Part shown: piece by piece, positions 41,374-52,522 of the stretch
Position numbering within the stretch: the first letter of the stretch is position 1
Layout of the letters: each line of letters opens with the position of its first letter
Assembly (NCBI GenBank): GCA_963751345.1
Contig: CAVVUS010000021.1
Coordinates: forward strand, 65,693-129,692
Length of the DNA stretch: 64,000 nucleotides
Source: an uncultured Chloroflexia bacterium
Lineage (GTDB): Bacteria; Chloroflexota; Anaerolineae; B4-G1; SLSP01
Direction of reading: 5' to 3'
Made by a program: the position numbers and the translations under genes
Notes under the pieces: generated by a model
Told to the model about the DNA's origin: nothing
Databases searched by the model: none
Seen by the model: the letters and a program-made list of their open reading frames with translations, nothing else

Positions 41374-41405
41374 CCGCCCAAAGGCTTCGGTCAGTCTTTG
41401 GGCGG
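41374..41405. terminator. Hairpin between the convergent S8 and regulator genes
   Basis: CCGCCCAAAG...CTTTGGGCGG stem. Confidence 0.5.
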
Positions 41406-41531
41406 TGGCCTCGCAAAGTCACGCTGCAAGGCACACCCCGATGCCCCTCGAGACGGGTCACCAACGCAGCGAAGAGCCCAAGGCGATCGGGCTCTGACGC
41501 GCCCTGTCGCCGGGCGGGTGTGCCGTGCAAC

Positions 41532-44500
41532 TCAGACCCGATCGCTTGTGACAGAGATGCAGCACGGCGCCGTGCCGGCCTCCACCTCCGCCAGGACCGC
41601 CAACGCCTCAGTTCGCATATCGCTCACTAGCATAGCCTGCTTCGCCTCCTCGATCTCCTCGGGCGAAAGGGAGGCCATCGCTGCTCGGTAATCGGCACCC
41701 GCGACATCCAGGAACCACTGGTTTTTGGCCAGCAACGCGTAACTCCGCACCACGGCCGCCATGAGCGAGGCGGCACGCTGGACGAGCCCGGCGTCAACAT
41801 AAAGCAAGGCCATCCCGGGCAGTGCCCAGGCTAGAGCCGCTGGCGCCCCTGTGTCGACGCCCACTTGGAGTTCCTCAACGAAGCAGGCCCGTGCCAGTTC
41901 GAGTAGTCCCTTCATACGATAGGCATACCCAAGGAAACAGTGCATCATACCCGAGTAGATCGGTTCTCGCAGCGCACGAAATTCGCCGAAGCTCTGCGAG
42001 AGCTTCGCCACCGCTGTATCGACGTCGCCGTCCGCCAGTGCGAGACCACCCTGCACGTGCTCGGTCCACGCGATCATCCGCCGATCCTCTGTGACCTGTG
42101 CATTCTCCAGCGCCGTCCCGGCCAGCTCGCGCGCCTCGTCGTACTTCCCGTTGAGCATCAGGCCCCATGCCAGGACGCCCCGCGAGTAGGACGCCGGCAG
42201 GCCCAAGCGATCCAATATCTGGGTGGCCTCGTGGAAGAGCGGCATAGCTACCTCGAGTCGCCCAGCCAGCACCCACCGGGTGGCCAAGACCTGCAGCCCT
42301 CCAGCCAACGTCAGCGGCGTCCCAATCTCACGCTGGACCGCCAACGCCTCCTCCGCATACCTGATGGACTGATCGAGATGTCCCTGGTAGAGGGTCAGTC
42401 CCATAAACCCGTGCAAGGCCCACGCGGTCGCGTGGAGATCGCCGCGTGCGCGCGCACTCGCTAGCAGCTCCTCAGTGCACTCGCGTGCGGTGTCGAAGTC
42501 CGCCAGGTACAACGCGAGGTTGAGGAGATCATATAGCGTGCGGCCCTGCTCCCAGCGATCCCCTGTCTCGCGCAGCACAGCCAGGCTCTCCTCATACAGG
42601 GACATCGCGCGCATACGATCCGTGTTCCACGATAGATATCCCTTGACGCGCAGGGCCATGCCCAGCTCGATACGCACGTCGGTCGACGACAGCCCGGGCG
42701 ACCGCAATACGCTCAGTGCGCGATCCACGGTCGCCTGAGCGTCCCCCTCCGACTGCACCTCGCTCTGCCAGATCAGCAGCCTCGCTATGACCCGCAGCCG
42801 TTCTGCTTCGTTGGCCCCGTCCGGCATTCGCGAACCCTCGAGACGCGTCAGGGCCGCCTGACATGCACGTCCCGCCTCCTCGTCTCGGACCCGCCGGATG
42901 TAGTAGAGGCAGAGACCGTCGACGGCTTGTGCCATCTGCGCAAGGTCGCCTTGATTCACGATCCAGTCCCACGCTGCTCGCGCGTTGTCGATCTCGCCGT
43001 CCATCTCCGACAGTGCCGCAACCTGCCGCGGCCCCTTAGCGTCCTCGAACCACCGGTGCAGGATGTGCACGTAGTAAGCCGCGTGGCGGTCACGCGCCTC
43101 GCGCTCAGCGACGGGAGTCCGCACGAGCCGTTCCTCCGCGTACTGGCGGAGCAACTCGTGGATACCGTAGCGCCCCCCAGGCGCACGGCCCACCAGCGAC
43201 TGTTCCACGAGACGCCGGATCTCGGCCAGCGTGGCGCCGGCGACGAAGTACGCCGCCTCAGCCCGGAAACCACCACGGAAGACCGAGAGCGCCTGCATCA
43301 GCGCCTGCTCGCGGATGCGCATCAGGCGCCACGAGTGGTCGAAGACCGCGCGCATGCTCCGCTGGCGCGCAGGCACGTCCGACCATCCCGCACTCAGGAA
43401 GTCGATCGGCTGCTCACTCGCTTCCGAGACCTCGCCGGTCAGCCGGTCGAGTATCGCCTGCGGGGAGAGGACATCAGCCCAAGCAGCAGCCAGCAGCAGG
43501 GCCAACGGCATCCCCGCGACCTGCCGGCAGATGCCGATCACAGCCTGAGCGTTCTCATCCGTGAGCCGGAAATCGCGAGCCACCCGTTGGGCGCTCTGGA
43601 TGAAGAGCTTCACCGCCCCTGCTTCGGCAAGCTGTTCCAGGGGAGCATGTGTCATCGTCGGGCACGGCAAGCGCATCGACCGTGAAAGCGGTCTCGCTCA
43701 ACACCCCCAGACGCACACGTGAGGTCGCGATGATCGACAGCCCCGGCGCCGACTTCAGCAGCTCGACGAAATGCGCTGCGTCGGGCTTGAGCTGCTCGAC
43801 GTTGTCCAGGATCGAGCAGCATCGTCTTGCCCTTGAGATAGCGCTGCAGTTGCTCTTCGACAGAGCCCGACTGCTCGGAGGCCACCAACCCCACCGCCTG
43901 CGCGATCGCCGCAACACAGCCGTCCCACGACGTCGTCGCTACCAACGGGACCAGATACGCACCATCAGGCAAAGCGGAGCCCGTGAGTCGCAACCAACTC
44001 CATCGCCAGGCGCGTCTTGCCGATGCCGCCGGGCCCCACAAGCGTGAGCAGGCGCACCTCAGGGCTGTTGAGTCGCTCGTCGAGGTACGCCATCTCGGCC
44101 TCCCGACCGATGAGCGGCATGAGCGGCGCCGCGATCGTCTGCGCTGGCGCACTCTGACCGCGAGCTGCCGGCTTGGCGCTGGCCCGGGACCAGCTGATCT
44201 CATCCCGTCCAGTGTCCCGGCACGTATGCCCTGGATCAGCTCGCGGGTCTGCTGATCCGGCTCGACACCGAGCTCCTCCTCGAGGATGCCGCAGCAGATC
44301 TCATACTGCCGCAGGGCGGCGCCGCGCTGGCCCGTCAGCGCCAGCAGACGAATGAGCTGTCGTTGGGCCGTCTCGCGCCAGGGATCTTGCTCGACCTGGC
44401 GCCAGGCATACCCCAGGGCGGCATCGTACGCCCCTTGCGCGGTATATCGATCGACCAAACTGGCCAGAGCGTCCATCACCTGTCGATGGAGCCGCTCGCG

Positions 44501-45023
44501 GTGCAGAAGCTGCCACTCCTCAAACGCGGGTGCGTCACCGACCGAAAAGCCGCTCAGGAACGGGCCCTGGTACAGGGTCACTGCTTGCGCAAGTTGCTCG
44601 AGACCGTGATCGGCCGAATCAGCGTGGTCGCGCGCCACTACGGAGGGGGCCTGCACTTCCTGCCGCCGGTTCGGCCCCCTTCTCAACAGGGCGTCGAACT
44701 CGCTGACATCCACCCAGGGCCGGTGGTCAGCGCTGAGCTCGACCGTGGCGCGGGTGGCCTCCAGATAGGGTGACGTACGCCCACGGTCACCCAACAGGTG
44801 GCGCAGATCCGTGAGCGTCTGGCTCAAGCGTATGGCGTGCATTCGACTCAGGGAACTCGGGCCAGAGCAGGCCGGCGAGCGCTTCGCGCCGATGCGGCCG
44901 GCCGGCCTCAACCGCCAGGTAGACCAGCAGGGCGCGCTCTTTGTCCGTACGGAAGCCGAAGAGGGGCTCCCCCTCGGATGTGATGCGCAAGGCACCCAGA
45001 GTCTGAATCGACAGGTCAGCCAT
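41532..45023 (-). CDS. AfsR/SARP-type BTAD-STAND-TPR regulator (copy 2; several frameshifts)
   Basis: MADLSIQTLGALRITSEGEP...; long stretches identical to copy 1, e.g. RQRSMRAVFDHSWRLMRIREQALMQALSVFRGGF. Confidence 0.88.
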
Positions 45024-45168
45024 AGCGCTCCTTTGGGCCGTCCTCGGTGCAGGAAGCCAGCGGTGGCCTGGGTCCGATAGAAGGCAGTGGCGGGCCGCGC
45101 TGTGCACAGGTTAGTGACAGCGGGAGAGAGACGTGTTCGAAGATGGATGGGATGTGCCCTTCAGGCCC

Positions 45169-45256
45169 ATTCTAGCCCCGGCCTGCGCCTTCAGCAAGTC
45201 AGCGAAACCGTTGCTGATGCTCTTATGAGACTTCTATGATGGTGCGCTGCTACGAT
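45169..45256. promoter_or_regulatory. Divergent promoter pair with TGA boxes at 11-bp period (copy 2)
   Basis: Minus strand TTGCTG-17-TAGAAT; plus strand TGA at 45215/45226/45237, then TG-c-TACGAT at 45248-45256. Confidence 0.65.
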
Positions 45257-45286
45257 GGAGGTGAAGACAGGATCGGAGGCTGACCC

Positions 45287-45584
45287 ATGGCGGGAGACGC
45301 TCCAGCGTACTACGCGCTTCTGCTTCGGATGTGGCGGACGGGACCGCAAGGACCGTGGCGGGCCAGTCTCGAGGATGCGGAGACCGGCGAAGCGGATAGG
45401 GTTCAGTTGCTTGGCCGAGGTTTGCGCGTACCTGCTGGAACGTGCGGACGAGACCCAGCCGCCAGCACCGAACGAGGCCCACGAGGCGATCGAGGGGACG
45501 GCTGAGTCGAGCGGACCAACTCGTCACTCTAGCCAACTACTCGCCAGGACTACGATTCCCGCTCCGCCGGATAGGAAGCATTGA
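45287..45584 (+). CDS. Small conserved protein, copy 2 (frameshift near 45390)
   Basis: MAGDAPAYYALLLRMWRTGPQGPWRASLEDAETGE joined to RIGFSCLAEVCAYLLE. Confidence 0.75.
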
Positions 45585-45649
45585 AGGAAAGGAGGAGAGA
45601 AGAGAGGGAAGTTCGGGTCAGGCTGATACCCAAGCTATGGAGGTTAGAG

Positions 45650-46990
45650 ATGAAGACAAGGACGTATGCGATGTTGATGGTTGTGCTGCTGGTGTCACTG
45701 CTGGTGCCCACGTCCGTGGGCCTGGCCAAGGGCAAGCCGCCGGAGCTTCCGCTCGAGCTGACGGGCGACATCGACGGCGCGGCCTTCGTGATCCGCGTGC
45801 CCGAGAACTGGAACGGCACGCTGTTGCTCCACGCGCACGGGTACAGTTCTGGCCCGGTTGACCCTCCTGCAGCAGCCATTTTGGACGACCCAGGGGCCTG
45901 GGTCGACCCAGAGGCCTTGAACGACTCAACGGCGACGCTGCTGCTGGAGAACGGCTATGCGCTCGCGGCATCGGGGTTTCGAGCTGACGGCTGGGCTATT
46001 GAGGAAGGCATCGTGGACATGAAACGTCTCCTGCTCTACTTCCAGCAGCACGTTGCCCATCCGAGTCGTACGGTCATCTACGGTACGTCGATGGGCAATG
46101 TGATCGCGCTAGGAAGCATCGAGAAGGGTCAAGGGCTCTACGACGCCGCGGTCTCTATGTGCGGGGCCGACGAGGGTGCGACCCGTAATGCCGATCTAAA
46201 ACTCGACTTCACGTTGGCCTATGCAGCCGCCTTCGGCTGGGATCCGAGTTGGGGTCCCATCGGGGACCCGCCCGACGGCGATGAGGGTTTCGCGGTCTAC
46301 GGGCAGATTGTGGACGACTTCAACACCCGCTTCTGGTCGCTGCCAGATCCCTCTCAATCTGCCGAGTTCGAGTTCATTCGCCTTGTCAACGACATGCCCC
46401 TCGGCGCATTCTACGACGGCCAGTCTGTGCAGTTGCCCTACCCGGGCGCGATGCTCAACACGATGCTCGGGTATTACCTGCGCTACGAACTCGAGTCCCG
46501 CGCCGGCGGGCCGGTGGCCCAGAATGTCGACCACGTCTACAGCCTCAGCGCGGACGACCGCGACCGGCTGGCAGACCGCGGGATGACCGAGCAAGAGATG
46601 GATGACCTTCTGGCGTGGATGAATAGCATGACGAACATCGAGGCCGACAAGTCCGCAAGGAAGTACCTTGAGCGCTACGTCGACTACAAGGGGAACATCC
46701 ACGTGCCCGTCCTGATTTTCCACAACATCGAGGATCCGTTAGTCCCCGTGGAGGCGACGGACGCCTACTATGAGACGTTGGCCGCGAAGGGGAAAGAGGG
46801 CTTTCTCACACGAGTCTATACCGACAGGCCCGGCCACTGCAACTTCACACCTGAGCAGGTGCTGGTCGCTTTCCAGGCGATGGACGGATGGCTGGACACT
46901 GGGACGGCGCCAACGGCCAACGACTTCCCCGTTGAGTTGGAGTTCGTGTTTGACTACGAACCGGGGCCCTGGCCACAGCCCTCACAGTAG
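45650..46990 (+). CDS. Secreted alpha/beta hydrolase (esterase/tannase-like)
   Basis: Signal peptide; NWNGTLLLHAHGY, GTSMG nucleophile elbow, EDPLVP and PGHC. Confidence 0.82.
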   Translation: MKTRTYAMLMVVLLVSLLVPTSVGLAKGKPPELPLELTGDIDGAAFVIRVPENWNGTLLLHAHGYSSGPVDPPAAAILDDPGAWVDPEALNDSTATLLLENGYALAASGFRADGWAIEEGIVDMKRLLLYFQQHVAHPSRTVIYGTSMGNVIALGSIEKGQGLYDAAVSMCGADEGATRNADLKLDFTLAYAAAFGWDPSWGPIGDPPDGDEGFAVYGQIVDDFNTRFWSLPDPSQSAEFEFIRLVNDMPLGAFYDGQSVQLPYPGAMLNTMLGYYLRYELESRAGGPVAQNVDHVYSLSADDRDRLADRGMTEQEMDDLLAWMNSMTNIEADKSARKYLERYVDYKGNIHVPVLIFHNIEDPLVPVEATDAYYETLAAKGKEGFLTRVYTDRPGHCNFTPEQVLVAFQAMDGWLDTGTAPTANDFPVELEFVFDYEPGPWPQPSQ

Positions 46991-47062
46991 GTAGACGAGG
47001 GGATCTGCCTCCCCGAGAGGCGTAACGCAACCCCACGGGTATCGTTGCGGGCGGGGACGACG

Positions 47063-47092
47063 GACGGGGGCCTTTTACGGCCCCCGTCTTCT
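47063..47092 (+). terminator. Intrinsic terminator
   Basis: GACGGGGGCC-loop-GGCCCCCGTC followed by TTCT. Confidence 0.65.
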
Positions 47093-47198
47093 CATCGTGT
47101 GCTAGATCGCGTGTGCCCTTTCCGTCCTTCACCGGAGCATCCTTGGCATGTCCTGGGGCCGTAGGGTGCATTCAGTCCTTGGGGCATCCGGTGCCTCT

Positions 47199-47244
47199 AC
47201 CTTCCGGGTTGCTTACGCCGTCTGAGGCGCGCAACCCGGAAGGT
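47199..47244. repeat. REP-like inverted repeat
   Basis: ACCTTCCGGGTTGC ... GCAACCCGGAAGGT (14-bp perfect arms). Confidence 0.7.
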
Positions 47245-47467
47245 TCCGCGCGTTGGGCGTCGGCCGTGTCGACCGGCCCCCGTCCTGAAAAGCACCCGCG
47301 GACGTGCTCAAAGTGGCGCACTCGATCCGGTGTATCTGCAATTGGGAAGCGCCGGTTTGACCCCAGGAGGGGATATGGCGCTTTACGCACATGCTCTGAA
47401 GCAGAAGACGTACGGTTAGGTTGCTGCCCTGGCAGAGGCCGATGCCTCCCCGCCCTCCGCCTCGTCT

Positions 47468-48346
47468 TCAATCGAACCGGTGTAGCCCCGCGGCGCGGGC
47501 CTGACACTCGGCCTCGGCAACCTCGACCGGCGTGATGCGACGTCGGAGGGGTTCGCACTCGTGGGCCCGGTACGCCGGATAGTACTGCGCCATCAGATTG
47601 ACGTAGGTGTTGGGCGAGATCTCTGCAGCGAGGAAGCGCGCGACCTCTGCCGTGCCCGCCAATCTCTCGGGCAGCACGAGGTGGCGCACAAGGAGCCCGC
47701 GCACCGCCAGGCCACGCTCGTCGAGGACGAGATCGCCGACCTGCCGGTGCATCTCGCGGACGGCGGCCCGGTTCACAACAGGGTAGTCGCGCACCCCTGA
47801 GAGCTGCCATCCCACGTCGGGATCCGCGTACTTCATATCGGGCATGTAGATGTCGACCAGCCCGTCCATGAGAGCCAGGGCCTGCGGCGCGTCATAGCCG
47901 CCGGTGTTGTAGACGACGGGCACGTGAAGACCGGCCTCGATCGCCAGGGCCAGCGCGGGCACCAGGTGGGCAGCCACGTGGGTGGGGCTGACGAGGTTGA
48001 TGTTGTGACACCCCTGCGCCTGCAACGCCAGACATGATGCGCGCGAGCTCCCCGGCGGTGACAGGGTCGCCTACGACGTGCTGGCTGATGTCGTGGTTCT
48101 GGCAGGTGATGCAGTGCAGGTTGCATCCGGAGAAGAAGATCGTACCGGAGCCACGCCGGCCGCTGAGGGGCGCTTCCTCGCCGTGGTGCGGACCATAACT
48201 CGCCACATAGGCGACGTCGGCGATGCCACAGGGGCCGGCACGCTCCGTCCGGTCAAGCCACAGTCGTTGCCGCACAGATGACAATCGCGCAGCGCCGCGG
48301 TCGCATCCCGGATCCTGGCGGATAGCTCTGAGGATGACAGTGGCAT
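47468..48346 (-). CDS. PflX-like radical SAM protein (two frameshifts)
   Basis: CHLCGNDC, HHGEEAPL, IFFSGCNLHCITCQN, HNINLVSPTH, DIYMPDMKY and VRHLVLP. Confidence 0.85.
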
Positions 48347-48362
48347 GGCTATGGCGCCGTCA

Positions 48363-49947
48363 TCAGTCGGTCACGCTGCGTGACCGCAACACATCCTCGG
48401 GCCGCTCGGGGAAGCCGGTCACGCCGCGCGAGCGGTCGAACTGGTAGATCCGGGTCAGCGGACGCGGCGTGTAGGGAAAGACCTTGAGGTCGCAGCCCCC
48501 AGGCCCGCCGCCCAGGGCGTCACGGGCGCCGGGAACGTCGCAGACGTACGCCGCGGTGTTGTGCAGCCTGCGGACGACCTCGGGATGCTCGTCTGCCAGG
48601 TTGTGCAGTTCGTGCGGGTCACTTGCCAGATCGAAGAGCTGCCGATAGCCGCCGTTGGCCATAAAGATGTACTTCCAGCCGCGGCTCTCAGCCGCTTGGC
48701 CCTGTGCCGCATCCCCCTCCCGCACCATCACCTTGAAGAGCGGCGTGCCGGGTTCGCCGTACATGCCCACGAGACACGACCGCGGTGAGGCCTCGCCACG
48801 GAGCATCCCCAGCACGTCCATCCCGTCCCGGGTCTCGACCTCGCCGGCAGCGCCGGTGGCGGCGCCAACTGGCGATGCCCAAAGAGATCGGTCAGGGAGA
48901 CGAGTTCGCCGCGCCGCACGTCCGCCGGCAGCATCGCGGGCCAGCTCACCAGGAACGGCACATGACACGACGGCTCGAAGAAGCTCTCCTTCTGCCACGC
49001 GTGATGGTCACCCAGGTGATCGCCGTGGTCGGCGAAGAAGCAGATCAGCGTGTTGTCGGCGTCGCCGCGCGCCTCGACCGCATCCAGGATGCGCCCGAGA
49101 CAGTCGTCGATGTAGCTGATCTCGCCGTAGTAGCGCGCCTTGAGCGAACGCGCACGCGCGTCGCTGATGTCGTCGGCGAAGATCGCGTAGTTCATCCAGC
49201 GGATCTGCTCGTCCATCAGGTCGGTCTCGGGTTCGCCCCGCACGGGGTTCGGCATCCGGTCGGGGTCGTACATCCGGTTGAAGGGCACCGGCGGGGCAAA
49301 AGGCGGGTGCGGCCCGATGAACGAGACAAAGCCGAAATAGGGCCGACCGTCGGGGACGCCGAGCTGCTCCACGGCGCGATCGGCGGCCCACCGCTCGACT
49401 GTGAACTCGGCGGGCAGGGGGCTGACCTGGGGCATGTAGTACATCTCGGTGCGCTCGCCCATCAGCGCTTCGATGTAGTCGAACGCAGGGTGCTCCTCGG
49501 CAATCCAGCGCGCGTAGGCGTCACGGTGCCGCTGATCCGGGCTTCCGTAGAGCTCCTCACTGTGCAGGTGCACCTCGTAGCCCAGGCGCCTCGTCCCAGG
49601 GCTGGGTGTGAAACTTGCCGATACCAAAGGTGCGATAGCCCCGATCGTGCATCGCTTGGGCGAGATAGGGACCGCAGCGCTCCGGCAGCGTCTCTGCTTG
49701 CCCTGCGGCCGGGCCTGAGCGGCCGTTGCTGAAGACGCGCGTCGTCGGTGGCTCGTATCCGGTCCGGACGGTGTAGCGCGCCGGCACACAGACCGGGCAG
49801 GTGGAGTAGGCGTTCGTAAAGCTCACGCCCCGCCGCACGAGGCGGTCCAGGTTTGGCGTGTAGATATCGTGCGTTCCCCAACGCCGCGATAGTGTCGAAG
49901 CGCTGTTGATCGGTCATCACGAAGAGCACGTTCGGGCAGTCGGGCAT
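48363..49947 (-). CDS. Formylglycine-dependent sulfatase (several frameshifts)
   Basis: PNVLFVMTDQQR, CVPAR (CxPxR), GKFH, PHPPF, ADHGDHLGDH and LFDLASDPHELHNL. Confidence 0.88.
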
Positions 49948-50009
49948 AGGGGGTTCCTTCTCCTGTGGTACAGAACCGTCAGAGGTTCGATACCGGTAGA
50001 TGTCTCAAC

Positions 50010-50061
50010 GCTGACAGCTGATAGCTAAGAGCTGACCGCTATCAGCCTTCAGCCTTCAGCT
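50010..50061. repeat. Heptamer repeats (GCTGAnA / TCAGCCT) in inverted arrangement
   Basis: gctgaca gctgata gctaaga gctgacc, followed by tcagcct tcagcct tcagct. Confidence 0.65.
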
Positions 50062-52489
50062 CCGGGATTTCCATCTCCAGCCACAGCTCTGCGATGCGGA
50101 CGCCGCGCGCTCCAGCCTTGGCTTGCCAGATAAGGGTCAGTGTGCCATCCTGGATCAGGTGGGCCGGGATCGTGTAGATGCAGATGGACCCTTCACAGTC
50201 TACGCCGTGCCGCGTGAGGGCCACGCCGTTGGCCGCGAGGTTCACGCTCTCCCCGCTGCCACCATACGCCACACGGAGCCTGAACGCCCCCCCTCGGGGG
50301 CTGCATCCAGGTGTTCCAGCCGCAGCGTCAATGGTGTGTCATAGAGTGTCGCTACCTGGCGGATCCGGGCCAGGGGCACGGCTTCGACGCCGACATGCGC
50401 TTCCCCGGTCTTGTGGAGATCCGCGATCGCCGGTCCATCAAACCCGATCATCGGTGAACTCAGATAGCCGGGATCTTGGTTCGCGCCTGCGGTATCCAAA
50501 ACGTGACGCAAACCGCCCGGCGCGCCCAAGTCGATGTAACGGCCACCCGGGCCCGGATCGGTACGATGCAGCAGTGCCTCCACCGCGACAAGCTGGGCGA
50601 CCTCATCAGGCAGCGCTCGTATCTCGGCGAACTGCTGTCGCAACCACGGTCCGTCGTTTAGCGGAAGATCGATGCCATCCAGAAAAGCACCGCGGTTCCA
50701 CGACTGAGCCCTGTGCCTACTCACCGAGCTCTGCAGGCCAATCGTACGGTTGAGTGCATCCGCAAGCTGCTCGCACCACGCCCGCAGGCGCACGCGGAGG
50801 TCCTGAGATATCTGCGATGTATGGGCAGAATCCAGAATCGCCGCCGCGCGGGCAAGTGCATAGTGGACGCCGAGCCTCCCCGCCTGGCGAAGGGTATCAA
50901 GCGCCCACTCCTCCAGTTCGGTCTCGTGGAGCAGACGCCGGTGAACGTAGGCGTCACAATAGGCGCGCAAGAGCCCCATCTGGAAGCGATAGTTCTCCAA
51001 TACATCCTGCGAGGCGTGGGTCGCCACGGACTGCCATTGCTGCAACGTGGTCTCAACGCCACCGTTGAGCGCCAGAGGTCCCTGCCAATTCTCCTCCAGG
51101 GCCAGCAGGCCCTGGGACACCGCAGCGGTCCACCTCCGGCCCTATGAAAAACCTCACGTAGTCTCGCAGCGTGCTGACCACCGGTGTGTCCGGATCCCAA
51201 TCCTGATCCGCCCACACGAACTTGTTGACGTCGTCGTTGATGCCCTCAGAATAGGTGATGCTGCCGATCGCGTAGTCTTTGTAGACATTGTGGATGTGCT
51301 TCATAGCCACCGGGCGAGGGTTGATCCCCTCACGTCCGTGCGTCAGGGCAAAGGCGACGTCCCACTCCGGGACCGGATACTGGCAGTGTAGGCTGTGCGT
51401 GATGTCCGGGTAGCGCCGAATCGGATAGCGGTCGGGCACCCGACGCCGCATCTCGGGGAGCGGCGTCCTGACCCAAGGGCCGAAGACGACACCGCCAAGC
51501 CATTCGGGCTCACGTGCAACCTCGGCGTAGAATCCGTCAAGCCATCTCTCTGCGGGACGGAAGGCCTGCGGCGAAAGCCAGATCTTGGCATGGGGATGGT
51601 ACCGGTGAGTACGTCCGCGACCCGGGCCGACCAGGCGAAGAGCCCGCGGCGAGAGATCGCCCGGATCCCCGCCGGGGATAAAGACGTGGTCGACCCGGGG
51701 CAAGAGCGCCAAAGATAGTATCGCGCTCCGCCAGTTCCGCCTCAATGCGCACCGGGTCGCCATAGTCCTCGCCCACGTTGGGGTACCAGATCCAGACGTC
51801 GAGGCCGTAGCTATCGATAATCCGATCGAGTGCCGACCATCATCTCCATTGGCGACACCGGCATCAGGTCGTTGCTGAGCTCGTCGTCGGTTCGTGGAGG
51901 CAGGATCTCGATGCTGTTTGCCCCAAAGAGTGCTAACTCACGGATGTACCGGTCGATCTGCGCGGGCCCCCAGGCGTCGAAGGTGTTATTCTTCGGCCGG
52001 TAGCCCAATTGGTGTCCTCTCAGGCGGGCGAAGGGTGTCGTAGAGAGACGGAGATCGGAGGGCACCGAAGACCTCACCGCGTAGCATCGTCATAGAGCGG
52101 AGCAGGCGCCCAATACCGTAGAGGACGCCGCGGGCATCGCTGCCGATGATAAGCACGGTGGGGTCGGGCGCAGGGAACAACGGCGAGACGGAACCCCTCG
52201 GGGCCGGGGCGACCGAGACCCGTAAAAAAAAGGGGGGTGAGAAAAAAAAAAGGTCCGAAGACAGTAGTGCGTCCGGGGGCCGGGGACCTGCTGAGCAACT
52301 CATCCTCCGTCCCGACTACAATCCTCGCCCCCGCATCGCCCTCCCCCCCCCGGGCACGATGGGCCACCGAGTGCCCGTACGACGCTCGACCTCCTCGACC
52401 AGGACCTGAACCGCACGACGCTCCGGCCCCGACGTCGTCGACGGGACCACCACGACGGCTTGTGCGAGATTCAAGGCGTATCCTCTCAT
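50042..52489 (-). CDS. Large uncharacterised glycoside-hydrolase-like protein (GH20/GH67-type N-domain), multiple frameshifts
   Basis: MRGYALNL...PERRAVQVLVEEVERRTG, IGSDARGVLYGIGRLLR, HQLGYRPKNNTFDAW and ITYSEGINDDVNK. Confidence 0.6.
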
Positions 52490-52522
52490 TGTGCTCCCCT
52501 CACCACCTGCCCCCGGCAGGCC

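Noticed and set aside
35994-45023. STAND proteins as Avs-type antiphage NLRs
   Set aside because: The N-terminus is a wHTH-BTAD transcription-activator module rather than a nuclease or other effector, and the promoter boxes point to gene regulation.
47468-48346. PflX-like protein as the GRE activase
   Set aside because: It is 35 kb away and PflX proteins are not established GRE activases; kept only as a remote possibility.
52220-52350. Homopolymer tracts as phase-variation sites
   Set aside because: Several adjacent runs scramble an otherwise coherent reading frame, which fits a low-quality consensus better.
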